A stretch of 63,998 bases of DNA, counting the filler, from Sphacelaria rigidula (taxonomy: Eukaryota), in NCBI GenBank assembly GCA_964200075.2. It is 4 parts of 4 records of this genome, joined end to end, with 100 filler letters (N's around TTAATTAATTAA, not from the genome) between each part and the next. Parts side by side here need not be neighbours in the genome. Positions count along the whole stretch, not along the records: positions 16,150 to 32,198 come from CAXNAA020001505.1; positions 32,299 to 48,345 come from CAXNAA020001506.1; 2 more parts are not named here. One strand, given 5' to 3'. The notes beneath the pieces are model-generated. The model saw only the letters and a program-made list of their open reading frames with translations, had not been told where the DNA came from and did no database searches. Below are positions 28,601 to 42,100 of this stretch, one piece after another. Every line of letters starts with the position of its first letter. The first letter of the stretch is position 1. The position numbers and the translations under genes are program-made.

Positions 28601-31422
28601 CTTCATCTCGAGATGTGCCGAGGGTAAATGAAGCACCGTCGACGGAAGCATAACGTTGGCTGCTTCCAAGATAGAGGACATGCACGCTCTGCAAGCACGG
28701 GGCGGGATTTAAAAAAAAAAAGTCCTCCAAACGAGACTGAAATGTTTTGGGCAGACTCACTGGCATTCATTCAGGCGAATGAAAGACCCCCTCCCCCAAG
28801 CCAACTATGCCCCCTGTGTCTCGTGGCCCTTGACTTTTTTTATGGCGAAGCAGTCTATTTCAGACGGAGAAGCAGTCTATGTCAGACCGTGTATGCAAAT
28901 GCGCCACTCTTGTGTGTTGATCTCTGTATTTTTTTGCTTCTGCAGGAATATCCCAACGTTATTTGTGGTCAAAGAACCAGACACTCATTTTTAGCCCAAC
29001 CTTTCACAGAGGGACTGGGCAGGACGGGACTTGACGAGAAGTTTGAGGATATTTCGGGACGGGACGTCCCGTCCCGTCCCATCATCACGGGAAAGCTTAC
29101 CTTCATCCCTTGAGCTTTCGCTCTGTCCCGTCCCGTGAAATCATACCCCATCCTTATGAGAAAGTGGGTGTCTACATCCCGGAGCAAACGCGATGAAATT
29201 AAAACTCTGCGAAGAACATTGTGGCGCCGCTTATTTGGTATATAAACGGAGTAACCAAAAACAATAGTTTCAACGAAGTGTCCACAGCGGCTGTTATTTT
29301 TCACGAAATCAAAGCAACAACAACCGACACGGTATAACGTAACTGAGTGACGCAGAAAGCAACACCCGTCATCAACCCAGACAACACTGGCTGGGCTCCT
29401 TTTGTGCACCGATCGTGTCCGATTTTGGACGTGTACTCCTCATGATCGTAACGGTTCATGCCAGCCCTGTGCACTATGCTGTACATGAGTACTGTGAACC
29501 GCGAACCTGAAAACAGGACTTGATTCCTGCATGAAGCAGTCTCACAATAGGCACAGACCGAAGTTGCACATGAAAATCATCTTGTGATCGACGGGAAAAC
29601 TCCATCCCGCTCGCGATATATCCCGTACGTGTGACGAAAAAAAGTTGAAGACTTTCCGTGAGAACCCGACGAGAACCAATGAAAGAGGACGAGGAGAGGA
29701 AGCCACGGGACGAATGATGGGACGGGACTGAATGTACCGTCCCGCCCCGCCCCGCCCCGCCCCGACGAGCATCCCGTGATACTCCTCCCGTAAAAATGAT
29801 TGATGAATCGGTGTTGTTAGTGCAGTCATAACGTTTATAGAAACGCTGTCTTTTATCGCTGATATTGTGAATTCACGAATCTGTCGCTTTGTAAGGAACC
29901 TCCTGGGGCCAATGTATTACGCAAACGCGTTGTGAGCGGCGACCGTCATCGCGATTCATTGTAGGGGATACATTGTTTCTCGGTTTTCTCAGCATTCGCG
30001 ACGAACCACGGACATCAAGTATCGCTATGCCGTAATACTAGACAAACACGTTTTGATGTCGCTCCCTGTCGAAAACAGAGACGACTCAGGTGGCTTGCAA
30101 CTGAAGCATGCAAGCAGCACAAGACGAACGCCAACGATATCGAGAAGCCGCTAATTTGTTTCAAGGAGTCCGGCAAGCCGGCTTTGTGGGTGTGGATTTC
30201 CAACGTCCTAGTAGATTCAAGCAATGAGGCGCTGGTACTCGACTGCTGCGTGATGCCTGCGGAAGATGAGACTGGCGATCGAGGAGCTGAGAGGAGTGGC
30301 ATCCTTGGTACCACCAAGAACTTGGTCATCGTCGAGGTAACGTCGCACGCCGGACGTTCATAGAGATACGTTCCCCAAGTCGCGGGGATCCTGATGCTGA
30401 ACTAGTTGCTTGCCGCCAAAACATTTGGTGGCTTTGATACCTTGCGGGAAGGAATATCGGCGTGATTTTTCCCAACATCCATTAGGCGTTTTATGCGTAC
30501 CCGAACAGTACGCCAGAGGTGCGAAATCACCTGTATTTACAAGGCGTAGTTGGTATGCACAGCTGACCGATACTGGTCGCCGCGCTCCGGTGGTCTAACG
30601 GTCTAACTGACTTCACAAGGGTGTAAAGAACGCGGGTTCGACTCCCGCCCTTTGAGTTCGGATGTTACATTCGAAGTATCTGAATCCCGCCGTTGAAGGC
30701 GTGAGGACGTGAGCAGCCAAAATACATTTTTAGCTGAGTTTGTTTGACCAAAATTGACGCTGTGCGGAAGCGATGATCCAGGTTGCGAAATCAAAATGGA
30801 AGGCTTGTACCGAGGGAGAGAAGGGTGGATCCCTTGAGCCCAAGGATGCACACCGAGGGAAGGTAACGCTTGAAATCGTAATGACAGCAAAACAAGCGAA
30901 CCGACACTTTTCTAGTGGATCAAATCGATATGAGTGGTACGGCCATCGTTACCCGACCCGATCCTGCAGGTGGATCGCTCGGAGCTCGAGCTGTGGATGA
31001 CTCTACTTCCGGTGGTTGTGGAGCGCGCCCGCCAAACTTACGTCCACGCAGGCAATTGTGCCTACTCGACGCCGAAGACCTCTCCCGCCGGTCGCGTACT
31101 TTGTGACTGCGGTAAGGGGAATGACCTGCCGAGCGCATTCGTGGAGTCGCTTGGATTCCTCACTCCAGCCGAGTCAGAGAATTCGCTCCACCGGTGCTTC
31201 TATAGAGCTGCACTCTCCCCGTTGTACAATGCCCCTAGGGCGATGGTTGCTACCAAGGCCGGATCGAAGGCCGCGGGTACTCCCACCGCTGCCGCCGAGA
31301 AATGCGCCAAGTGCGCGAAGGCAGGGGCCGCACTGCGTTGCTCCCGCTGTCGCAAAGTGAGCTACTGCTCCAAGGAGTGTCAGCGTGCGCACTGGAAAAG
31401 TCACAAGGCCAAGTGTGGCTGA
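16666..31422 (+). CDS. DUF4470-domain protein with C-terminal MYND zinc finger (~1370 aa, 10 exons; extreme 5' end uncertain)
   Basis: Phase-consistent GT-AG exons: 16676(ATG 16666)-17518, 17986-18162, 20183-20674, 20910-21080, 21863-22017, 22391-22705, 26819-27976, 28311-28412, 30079-30336, 30970-31422. N-terminal GNIPP...VLCLGCGDLRDLLYS...NDWEPAVHARNLVML (DUF4470); internal FDVVNTSNLAEHLGIVNLL; C-terminal CAKC...CSRCRKVSYCSKECQRAHWKSHKAKC (MYND). Confidence 0.88.
23668..24564. mobile_element. Diverged long-TIR foldback element in an intron of the DUF4470 gene
   Basis: GTAGTTTT..TCTGAAA..GGAGATTTT, GCCACCGCT.ATCCCAG and CGCTCAATATTGAA are mirrored at 24380-24564. Confidence 0.7.
29005..29780. 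repeat. GGGAC/GTCCC-motif repeat element (MITE-like)
   Basis: Clusters of GGGACGGGAC and GTCCCGTCCC in both orientations at both ends. Confidence 0.55.
30578..30865 (+). mobile_element. tRNA-headed SINE-like repeat, family A (intronic)
   Basis: CGCCGCGCTCCGGTGGTCTAACGG...GGTTCGACTCCC; tail AAGGCTTGTACCGAGGGAGAGAAGGGTGGATCCCTTGAG. Confidence 0.65.
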
Positions 31423-32198
31423 TGGGACTTTTGGTATCCACAAGATGCACATACCTTGGCGGCACGCGAAACTTGTGGCAGTTCGTGGGAACCAGTCTCA
31501 ACCGTGTTAGGAAAAGGCTAGGCCCTTTCACGGGTGGGCGCGAGTGGATAGGGACTTTTTTTTCCGGCGCTTCGCGTGAATCTGCGTCGGTTCAGATGTG
31601 GTTGTCCCGTTGTGAAGGCACGAAGATGTAGTGCTGAGAAGTCATTGCATGAGGGAGAAGCGCTGCACATTCTCCATTTAGGCAAAACTACTTGCATTGC
31701 GCAGCGTTTGCTTTTCATTCGATACGGAGGGTCAACATCTGCTTGTACTGGACGTCGCCATTCCGAACGATTGTTCTTGACAGAGTGTATTCATGATGAA
31801 GAACATTTTCCGACGCACGATCTAATGTGACATTGCGACACATGAATCCGTTGAGACACAATGTTTCGAGGTAAATAACACGAAAGAGCTCACCGGTACG
31901 TCGCGGGCTCCGTCTTTTCTCTGTGCATCTGCACTTTCTCACCTGGCCCCTCCACGACACTGTTCTGTACAACTCTTCGTTGACAACATGAGCGCCTGTT
32001 TAACAACAATTTTCTTCACCGTACCCAGTAGTGCACAGCTAGCATGGCAGCTTGACAGTTGCGTCAGCCTTTTGCAGTCGCCTTTTCGTGAAAAAGTCTC
32101 TAAATATGCGCGGCTTCCCTCACAACTGTGGGAGATATCCTTTGCAGTGACATATCAGAGACCGATGTCACACATGTATACAGACCCAGTGCAAGCAG

Positions 32199-32298
32199 NN
32201 NNNNNNNNNNNNNNNNNNNNNNNNNNNNNNNNNNNNNNNNNNTTAATTAATTAANNNNNNNNNNNNNNNNNNNNNNNNNNNNNNNNNNNNNNNNNNNN
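32199..32298. other. Artificial contig linker
   Basis: Same 100-bp spacer. Confidence 0.97.
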
Positions 32299-32432
32299 GG
32301 GCCGCCGCAGCAGCGGGCGCGGAGCGGGCGGCCGTAGGGGCGGGGGCGGGGCGCGCGGGGGTGGGGGGGAGGGGGGGGGGGGGGGGGCAGGGGTGATTCT
32401 CCAACAAGGTGCCCGTCCTCCGAGGATGACGA

Positions 32433-33112
32433 TCATATCTTGACTCCGTTCTCCTGTCCCCACTTCTTCATACAACGTACCATGTACTCCACCTGGATAT
32501 ACACGCACACATACATATGCACACACCGGGAGAGAGATGGGTTGATCCCTTGAAACAACGAAATCGTTCAGAGGAATGAATCATGGGAGTTACAACTGAG
32601 CACATTTGGTTTTTACATCCACGCATACTGTACCTGCTGTAGTGTTGATGGTGGTAATACTGTAGCGTGTTGAGGGCATTTTCACCGTGAAAAGGGCGAA
32701 TACACGGACGCGTTCATGCGCTCCATTCATGCGAACATGATGGCATTTTGACGGCATGATCTATTAAACGGAGTGATTATTGTTTTAGAACCGTCTCTTG
32801 AGTACGATATACACATGAAGTACTCCGTTTACTAGGTGAACGCGGCCAGAGGAGAGGGCGAAAAGGACTGCAACATTGGTGAGGGGATGTCTAGTAGCAG
32901 GGCAGGTGGCAGTATCAAACACATGTTTCCGTGCTGTTCTGTGTTCACCAATGTGTCAGGTACCCAGCCGCGCTACATTTGTGGGACCCTGCCAGGCTGA
33001 GCAACAATGACCTTACCTGGCAAAATCTATATCGGGTCTACGAACCGAAACAACCAGCGGGAACACTGGCACTTGACCTGCGTAGGCTTTTGTTTCTTAT
33101 GCGCGTATTCTT

Positions 33113-33143
<31 letters not shown>

Positions 33144-36100
33144 TGCGGTTTATATATATATATATATATATTTTTTTTTTTTCTGCGCCCAGATGTGTAA
33201 ACTATGCGCCGCCTTATGCGTAGCTCTATGTTGATGGAATATATGCGACTCCCATGCGTCTTTTTCGCGTCCTTGTTGTGGCGGTTTCTGGCGACAACCC
33301 CCATGAAACGTACCTTCCAGCATGAAAACAAGACGACACGTTGAACATTTCAAAAATTCACGTTTGCTTGGAAGAAGGGCTCGCTTGTTTTCTGTGCTCA
33401 TTGATTTTGAAGGCCACAACTACTTTCTTGGATTCTACAGCGGTGTTGCGTGTGCACTCTTGCAACTCACTATTCCTTCGCGACTGGAAAGTAAGGCCTC
33501 AATTATACAGTCAAATTGTATGTGATTGTGTAAACATCTCCGTTATAAAGTATCATACGAAAATTGGTATAAAATAGCCGGTAACGGCAAACCTCAATGA
33601 CACTTTCTACGATAGCCCCCCCCCAGAAGGGCATGGTTTTGAAACGGCAAAATCTTAGCGTAAATCGAAACGAGAAAACCCGAGCACAACGAGAAGCTGG
33701 GAATCCCAACGCTTGGGTTCGTTCTAGCCAATGTTGCCAATATGAGGCGCTTCATCCAGCCTGAACCCAAACATCAGGCGCCGTATGGCCATTTTTTTCA
33801 TGACACTTTTGGGCTGGTTTCCGGAGAGGGCTATCGCAGAAAGTGTCCCATGAACTGGATAAACTGGCACCCTCGTCGCCAGTTCCAGTTTAGCTCCAGT
33901 TCCACTTTAATCGACCGTATAAACTTGCCCAGTTCACACACAGCCCCAATACATATTATTTTCTTTTGTTCCTATTTTCTTCAATCATTTCTGATTGTTT
34001 TTCATCTTTATTTACGCATTTTTTTTACACGTTGTTTCTCTCTTTTATTGCGTTTATTTTATTTCACCTCTTCTATTTCCGTTATTTCTTCTACTTGTTT
34101 TCACTGTATACTATTTTATTTTATTTTAATTTAATTTATTTTATTTAACCTTTGTTTCCAGTTTCTTGTTCTGTCTTCATTTTTTATTCTTGTTTTTTAT
34201 TTCTGCACCTACGTACCAGAGGGGTACGTGGACCGTAGGCTACCCCACACCCCCCACGCATCCAAGGGGGGTACCCCACCTCCGACGAAGCCTCATTTTG
34301 TAAAGCATTTAGTATGCGATCGGTTTTATAGGAGTCTGCATGATCTCTTTCGCGTCGCGCTGCTGAGGCGCGGAAGTCTGCACCTCGGCCACCTCGACCT
34401 CTTTCTGCTCTGCCACATCAGTGTACCGTTCACTGCTGTACTCTGTGTGCACTGTGCGCTGTGCGCTGTACACTGTATAGTTGTGGACTGGACTGTTTGA
34501 TGTGTTGCGATGCGAAACATGGCACATTTGATTTCTTATCGGTTTCACGTTAACATGAAGTAACAGTGGATTCTCGAAAATGGGCTTGAAAAAAATAAGG
34601 TTCAACTCAAAAGCCGTGCTTTCCCTGAACAAAAATCATGACAAATGACTTTCATATGGACCACCCCATCTCTCCCGGCCTCCCTAAAACTATTTCGGGG
34701 ATTTCTAGCCTTCCGTTCCCCCGAAAGGTGAGTGCGAAAGCACGGTTTTGGGGACGAAAAACGTCCTTTTTTCACCCCGAAATCGAGGCAAAAATGTGCT
34801 TTCGCACGTACCCTTTGGGGGAATGGAAGGCTATAAATACCCCAAAATAGTTCTAGGGGGGTCGGGAGGAATGGGGTGATCCAAATGAAAGTCATTTGTC
34901 ATGAATTTAGGTCAGGGAAAGCACGGTTTTTGACTGGAACCTCATTCGTTTTTTCAGCCACATTTTGGAGAATCCACTGTTGAATAGTCTGCACGCAGCA
35001 CAATAAGCGATATCAGATCCACGACAAACTTCGAAAAGAGAAACTAGGAACAAAAATGCCACGACACCGCGAGCCACGCCACATGGAGCACCTGTCGGCA
35101 GCTACTAGCTACTGGGGAGGGGATGCATACTCCCGTTGGAGTACTACGAAGAATATGCGTCAAGTTATGCGTAAAACATAGCTTTTAACAGCCGATCATC
35201 AAAATTAAGGATGGAGCTTTCCATTGAGGATGAGAACCCGAGGGATTCCAATTCTTGTATCGACACCAAATCTTCGAAATATGGTTCCATTCCTTCACCT
35301 ACTAGTAGCTGTTGACAACTGTTACATGCCCTACGAATTTGGATTTTGATAACCGAAGTGTTGGGGTTCTGGATGAAGAAACACTTTTGGGGATTTTAGG
35401 CGATCCGATTGGATCGCCGAAATTCTCCGATTTGTTTTCCCCCGAGGACCCCAACATTTTGGTAATCGAAATCCAAATTTGTAGGGCGTGTAGCAGTTGT
35501 CAATAGCGACCAGTAGGTGAAGGAATGGAACCATATTTCGAAGATTTGTAGGGATACGAATATTTGAATCCTCCGGGTTCTCATCCTCGATGAAAAGCTC
35601 CATCCTCAATTTCGATGATGGGCTGTTTTTAATGCTCGCCTTTGTTATGCTGAAATCTCGATAAGCATACTTCGAAGTGCGGCTTTAAAAAAACGCATAA
35701 GGTCATGCGCAAAACCTCTGTTTTATGCCGAATCATATGCGCGCATGATTAACAAAATCCTGGACCTGCGAAACACGTATTCGTGAACCACAACCCTTTT
35801 GCGGACGAATACTCTGGCAGGGTGCCAAAAGGGCACGTATTTTACTGGCGCCTGGTGAAGATGCGAGTCTCTCACACCCTATCTGTTGGGCCCCATCTTC
35901 GAAACTCCTTCAAGGTCAGAAGACGAGCCACGGGATCATTTCCAGGCTGTGCTGTCACACCTGCGTCGCTCACGCGCGGCTCCGATCGCCTCCTCAGCCC
36001 CACCCACTAACAATGTCACCTTCTCTCAGCTAACCTCTGATGGTGAAGGGGGCTAAGTATCTGTGATAAATATGCCTACGTTGGCGACTGGGTGCTGATG

Positions 36101-39100
36101 CTGGCCCGAAAACGGGGACTTGGGCGGCGTTGCCCACCTCGGGAAGATTTGCGAAAAAACTCCTGGAGAAATCCGGCGCATTTTCCCCAAACGTTTGCAT
36201 GCCCGATTTGATGTTTCGGCCAGAATATCAATTAGCAGTCGTGCTGAGCGCAAAATCCTTCGAGATCTTGTGTCAAGCTGTGAAAGCGAATGTAGGAATG
36301 GACATAACCAACACCAAAACCAACAATACCACCAACAACACCACCATCACCACCGAAGAACATGAAAGCATTTCTTGTGCCCACCTGAGGGTTGTTGGTG
36401 TTCCGCACCATGGTGAGCACATCTCGGAGATCATCTTTTTTTACTTTGCCCGCTATCACCTAAGCGACCAGCAGAGGACAATGCGACGGGACGGGAAAAG
36501 GGGGGTACTCATTTGTTGCTTGCCTTACTCGTTTGACCATTGACCACGCATCCCTCTCAAGACGGAGCACCGTTCCTGCTCCTGGGGGGGGGGGGTACGA
36601 AGGGTTGATACAGTTGTCGCTTTTTCTCACGTATCTCTTGAGGAATTACGCGTGAAAACATACATATATGTGTTGAATAGTGCGCTGTTATGAGTACTAC
36701 AGTAATATATCATACATACGAAGTACATTGTTGTTCACTCCCCTTCTTTTCTCTCGAGTTTCCTTTAGCAAATGTTTCCGTTTGGTCTACCTCGGGTACT
36801 ACCGTACGTCTATCCCTTGACCACGGCTGTACCCTTCGGGGACTAGGTAATGTACGATAATCTATCGACCAATCAATCATCGACACCACGCTACGAATTC
36901 TGTTCTACGTGAAGGGATACCTCAAAGTACCTCCTTCGTTGGGGGTCACGACACCCCCCCCTCCGAGCGTTGGATGATGACACATACGGAGGAATGTCTC
37001 ACCTGTTGAAACACGCCCACGCAAGCCCCCCTCTTGCCTTCCCAGTACTCTGGGTCAGGATCCAATCTCTCCAAGACGTCGAACGCCTTGGCTGCGTACA
37101 GGAAGTGACCCATCTGACCGCGCGCGCATGCAGGTTAACACGATTAACATATTCGGGACAGCGATGGAAACGTCAACCGTATACATACATACGTACATAC
37201 GTACATACGTACATACATACATACATACATACATTTTGTACGTGCTCATTATTAATACTGTTACACTATTTTAAGATAATATTTTGGGCATTCAGAAGTA
37301 TTTTTTCCCGTCGAAGTTACACGATCTACCCAACGTAAAATGTCAAGAACACCGGTAGGCTCGTCAGGATGCCCACCGTAGTTGTCCGAGAGTTTTGTGG
37401 GGATTTTTTCGTGTCTCTAGAGCCGTAGTTTGAGTGTTCGTTCATGTCGCCCGTTTTGAGGACATGATGATTTATCGCCGAAAATCATTAAAAGCCCATT
37501 ATTATTTACCCTAATTTTGAAAACCCTCCGTGAAAAATTATTGGGCGCGCCAAAAATCAAATTAGGACCCTGAAAAACTGGAAACATGCCTCAGGAAGCG
37601 CTCGAAAAACTACAGGGGGGATCTCAAGGAGCATATGAGTGTTTCTGACTGTTCGACCGAGGTAAACCACCCCTTTCGTTTTTCTGACATGAAAAGAAAC
37701 CGTATGTTGTCCATTGTAGAGGGTTACGCCGCTGCTTATGGGAGCGAAAAAATCGAGAAAAATGCGCATTTTGGCAATCCGTCGCTGATCCTGGCCCGAA
37801 AATGGGACTTGGTGTTCTGTGCCACCTCAAAACGACTCGCTGTGGTCTCCAGCGCACTTCTACGATCTTTCGTACGCCCACTTTGACTGTTGGCCGGACT
37901 ACAAATTTTCGGTACCACCCGAAAAACCGTCCATGTTCTCCCAAAAAACAGAAAAATTCAGCGAAATATAAATAATTCATTGAGCTGTATCAGAAGTCGC
38001 TAGTCCGACCAGAGGGCATACTGAACAACGAAAAACAGGAAAAGGTGCACCGAAATCCCCTCGGAGACAAGATCAAGAGCTTCCGAGCTGGCACAAGCCA
38101 CCAAGACTGTCGTTCGAGCCAAAATAGACGCAGAATCGCCAAAATACGCGTTCTCAAAGCGAATGTTCGCGTCTCCGAGAGAAGCGGCCCTGCCCTGCCC
38201 TGCGCATACACTTTAACTTTGATCATATCACTATCACTCACCCGGTAGCAGTCGTTGGCGATGAGCTGCAGCAAGTTGAACGACTCATTTGAGGTGTCCA
38301 TCTTCAGGTACAGGTCCCACGCGCTGCGCGCATTGCCGTTCATGATGTAACACCTGCAACAGCAGCACGGTAAAAAAAAGGAGTAAATATTATTCGTTTT
38401 ATTCACGCTTGCCCATTCCAGGCTTGTTCTGTATTTACCCGACGAGTTGGAGGGGTGTTTACCGAGTAATATTTGACGAGAAACGAACTAATTTGCCCTC
38501 TCTTGTAATTTCTCCGAGAACGGGATCGCGCGAGATCAACCGAGGAGAGGACAGACAGACTGACAGGCAGGCAGGCAGGCAAAATTGGAGCATGAAATGT
38601 TTTTGTTCAGTGCATGGGTCATGATCCATAGTGTTTTCCGAGAATCGCGAAAATTCCAACCAACTATTATCGCACTAATTACCCACCCACTAATCAGACA
38701 GTGACCCGATCATTAAACAACTTTGACCTACCCCCAAAGCGAAGGAGAAATATCGGGAACGACTCCACAAACATTTTCAATATGTGTCTTTACCTGGACG
38801 TGGTCTTGAGCCCAATCCGAGCTCCATCGGACTGATGATCCTACACTAAAAACAAGTAAATAAACTATAGCCAACAGGGATTATTTTTTAGTACGGTTCA
38901 ATTATTTGATATTAGTTCAGATTATTTTGACCGCACTGGCATGGGATCCCGTACTGTCGGGGGAAGACACTGGTGTATGACCCCCGCTGTACACCAACGT
39001 TTTGCTGTGGTGCATGGGGGTCGGTGCCCAGATGGATATATTCAAGGGTGTCAATACCAACAACGTTGTCGTGGCTGCTTGCTGCCTTTATACCCCGATC

Positions 39101-42100
39101 AAAAGGCGTTGAAATACTGACACCCATATGCATATCATGGATTGAGTGCCCGTTGGTCTCCGAAGCTGAAAGGCTAATAATACTGCTGAGTAAAAAAGAA
39201 GAGATGAAAATTGTACTTGATCTGACCGCGGGTACTCTTCTCCTCTACTAGTTGTACTAAAGTGGTTGGTTGATCGACTGGTGCATTATTTGTCTTCAGA
39301 CGATGGCGAACCCACAATTGGCGTGTGGGTATTACTTCCTCGCTTGGTTTAATGACTCATTGCCTCGCGTTATCAGTTGATTCTGTGCAGGTCTAGCCGA
39401 CCAGTCATGAAGATATGTGTTCACGCTAAGGTGGAGCAAGCGCGGGAGAAAGACACGATCTAAACGAACTGATGCGAAGAAAAAAAGAGAGAGAAATGGA
39501 CAACAATGAGAAACAAATAACAGACGGGAGAAAAACAGTGAGAAGTACGACAAAAACCAGACATGTACCATTACCATTGTCAATACCACTATCGTTGTTA
39601 TTGTGATTGTTGTTGTCACTGATTTTGCCATTGCTATTATATTTGTCATCGTTATCATCACTGCTAGTATTCTGCTAGTATGATCACAATAATAACAATG
39701 ATGGTAATTGTAGCTATTACTGATAAGTGTATGAACAGTAAAGGCAGAGAAGATGTCACTTACTTGCGGATTCTCTGGCAAAAACTAGGCTTCTCATATA
39801 TATATATATATATATATATAGCAACACACCGCATCATTTACGCAATCAACGGCAATATTGAACATATCAAAATGACCATTAGTACATAACATAAAGCCTA
39901 CTGCGCACTCGAAACTCTTCACCACAGACCGCTTTCAGGAAGAACTGCCTACACAGGTGACGAAAACAGATCCGAAACGTAAATGAGCGGCGGATCGGAT
40001 TGTAGTCGGAACTTGACTTCATACGATCTGCCGCCGCGCCCCGGTGGTGTGATGGTCCGGATGTCGCCATTAGGGTGGAGAGAACCAAGGTTCGATTCCC
40101 GATGCGTTGGTTTTTTTCTTCGTAATATTAGATTTCCACCGTGGAAAGTGTGAGAACGTCAGTAAACGAATAAGTCGACTGAGTTTGTTTGACGTGAGTT
40201 GACGCGGTGCGGCAGTGCTGATAGTCATGACCCAATCTGAGACACCAAAATGTAAGGCGTGCACCACGGGGAGATGGGTTGGTCCCTCGAGACCACGGAC
40301 TCATCCCGAGGGAGGAGAGGGGTTCAAAGCGCGACGAAAAAGAAAGTGTACAAGCTAGGCGATTCCTTCTGGCACTGAGTTTTGGACCAATTTGACGTGT
40401 TGGCCTTCTTTACCCACACTAAAATAAATATAAACGCATTATCCGCCAAAAAATCGAGGGGAAACTGGACCCTTGAAAATATTAAGGTAAAGGTATATAT
40501 TCGCGAAGGAATCCTAGAATATTATGGAATCCTTTCTAAAATCAAAATATGACACATGTAAGAAAAATGCAAAACATACTTGTATACATATAACGAGCAA
40601 AGCAATGAAAGCACCTGGTGAGCCAGCTGATGTAACAGTAATCCTGCTTCAGCTTTTCATTTGCGATGAGCAGCAGAGATTCCTCGCCGGCCTTATAGTT
40701 GCCCGTCGACGCCAGAGACAGCCCGTGGTTCCAATTAAAATCGTCGTCGTTGTACATGTACGCCTGACTCATGTGCACCACCACAGCATTGATTGTTGGA
40801 ACATGACCGGTCAGTTTTTACTTATTAGTTGATTGCCGCTCAATGACTGATCTGCTACATGTCCAGCCCCATTCAATCATAGAGAAGAAAAAAAAATTGA
40901 CATTCGCTGATTGAGGAAAGCTCGACACAGCGGGAGCTTTTTCGTCCAAAATGAGAGGAGGACCTTGAAAACAGATAGAGTGAGTTCATATATACGCTAG
41001 GCCACAAAAATTGCCAACGGTCCCGAGGAGGGAAAACGACCGTGCCCCTACCAGGTATGCGGATCGATAGGTAACAAGCTCGGCGGTCAGTTGTCATCTA
41101 CTGCTTCTCCATACCGTGCGTATGGTAGCGTCTTGGTTGTAGTGGCGAGAGTAGAAAATAGAATCGCAGCGTCGAACAAACAAACGTGGAAAATAGAATC
41201 GCCGCATCACACTTTCAACCCATGCTCTTCCTCGGGACGAGTTTATGGTCTCAGGCGATGAATCCATATCTCCCCTGGCAATACACACACATTAGATACA
41301 TGTATATATATATATATATATTTTTGGTGCGCACTATAGTCTATACTACTACCAGTCTGACCGGATATGTATTGACATAACAGTTTGGACATATTGCGGC
41401 ATAACCTCTGCTGTATGTAGTTTTTTTTTTTTTTACACCCCGCCATCGCGTGCGCACGTTTGCGCGCGCACTTTGAAAAAACAACACAATCCAGCACACA
41501 CATACGAACAGCAAGTAGCAGTACACAGAGCTCGCTGCTTGCAAAGTGGTTGAAAGAGACCTTCCCACGGTGTGAAGGGACATGTCTAGCGCTGACAGTG
41601 CTGCTGAGACGCCGAAGAGAAAGAATCTCAAGGAGGATGAGCAAAGCGCTGTGATGCATGAGCTCTTCAAAGGCAGCAACAACGGTGTTCTGAAGAAGGC
41701 GAACCCAATTAATACCTAGACTTTCCCCCTGTACCGGGGCTCGCTGCATTTGAAATCCGGGTATGATATTGGGTCATCCCCTGGTCACCCGAGGAATATT
41801 TTCTTGCGCCCCGCACCTTTCCAACCGCACGTGCACGTAGGTTCATGCTCCTGAAAAGGTATAACGTTATCTTCAAGGTACGACTGAACGTACCAAGTCA
41901 GACAGTTTTTCACTGTACGTACTTGAAACCCGGGGATGGTTCCCTGGTGTCCCTAGGTCACCCTGACACATTTTTTCCCTCCCCCGTCCCCATGACACTA
42001 TGTGGACACATTTTCACGCGCTTAGAAGAGCCGGGGCGTCACTGATACCTATATGCCCAAACCGTCCTTACATTCCCGATTTTCATAACTGTCACTACAT

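Noticed and set aside
30578..30655. SINE heads as functional tRNA genes
   Set aside because: No convincing cloverleaf or acceptor pairing, and each is attached to a shared repeat tail.
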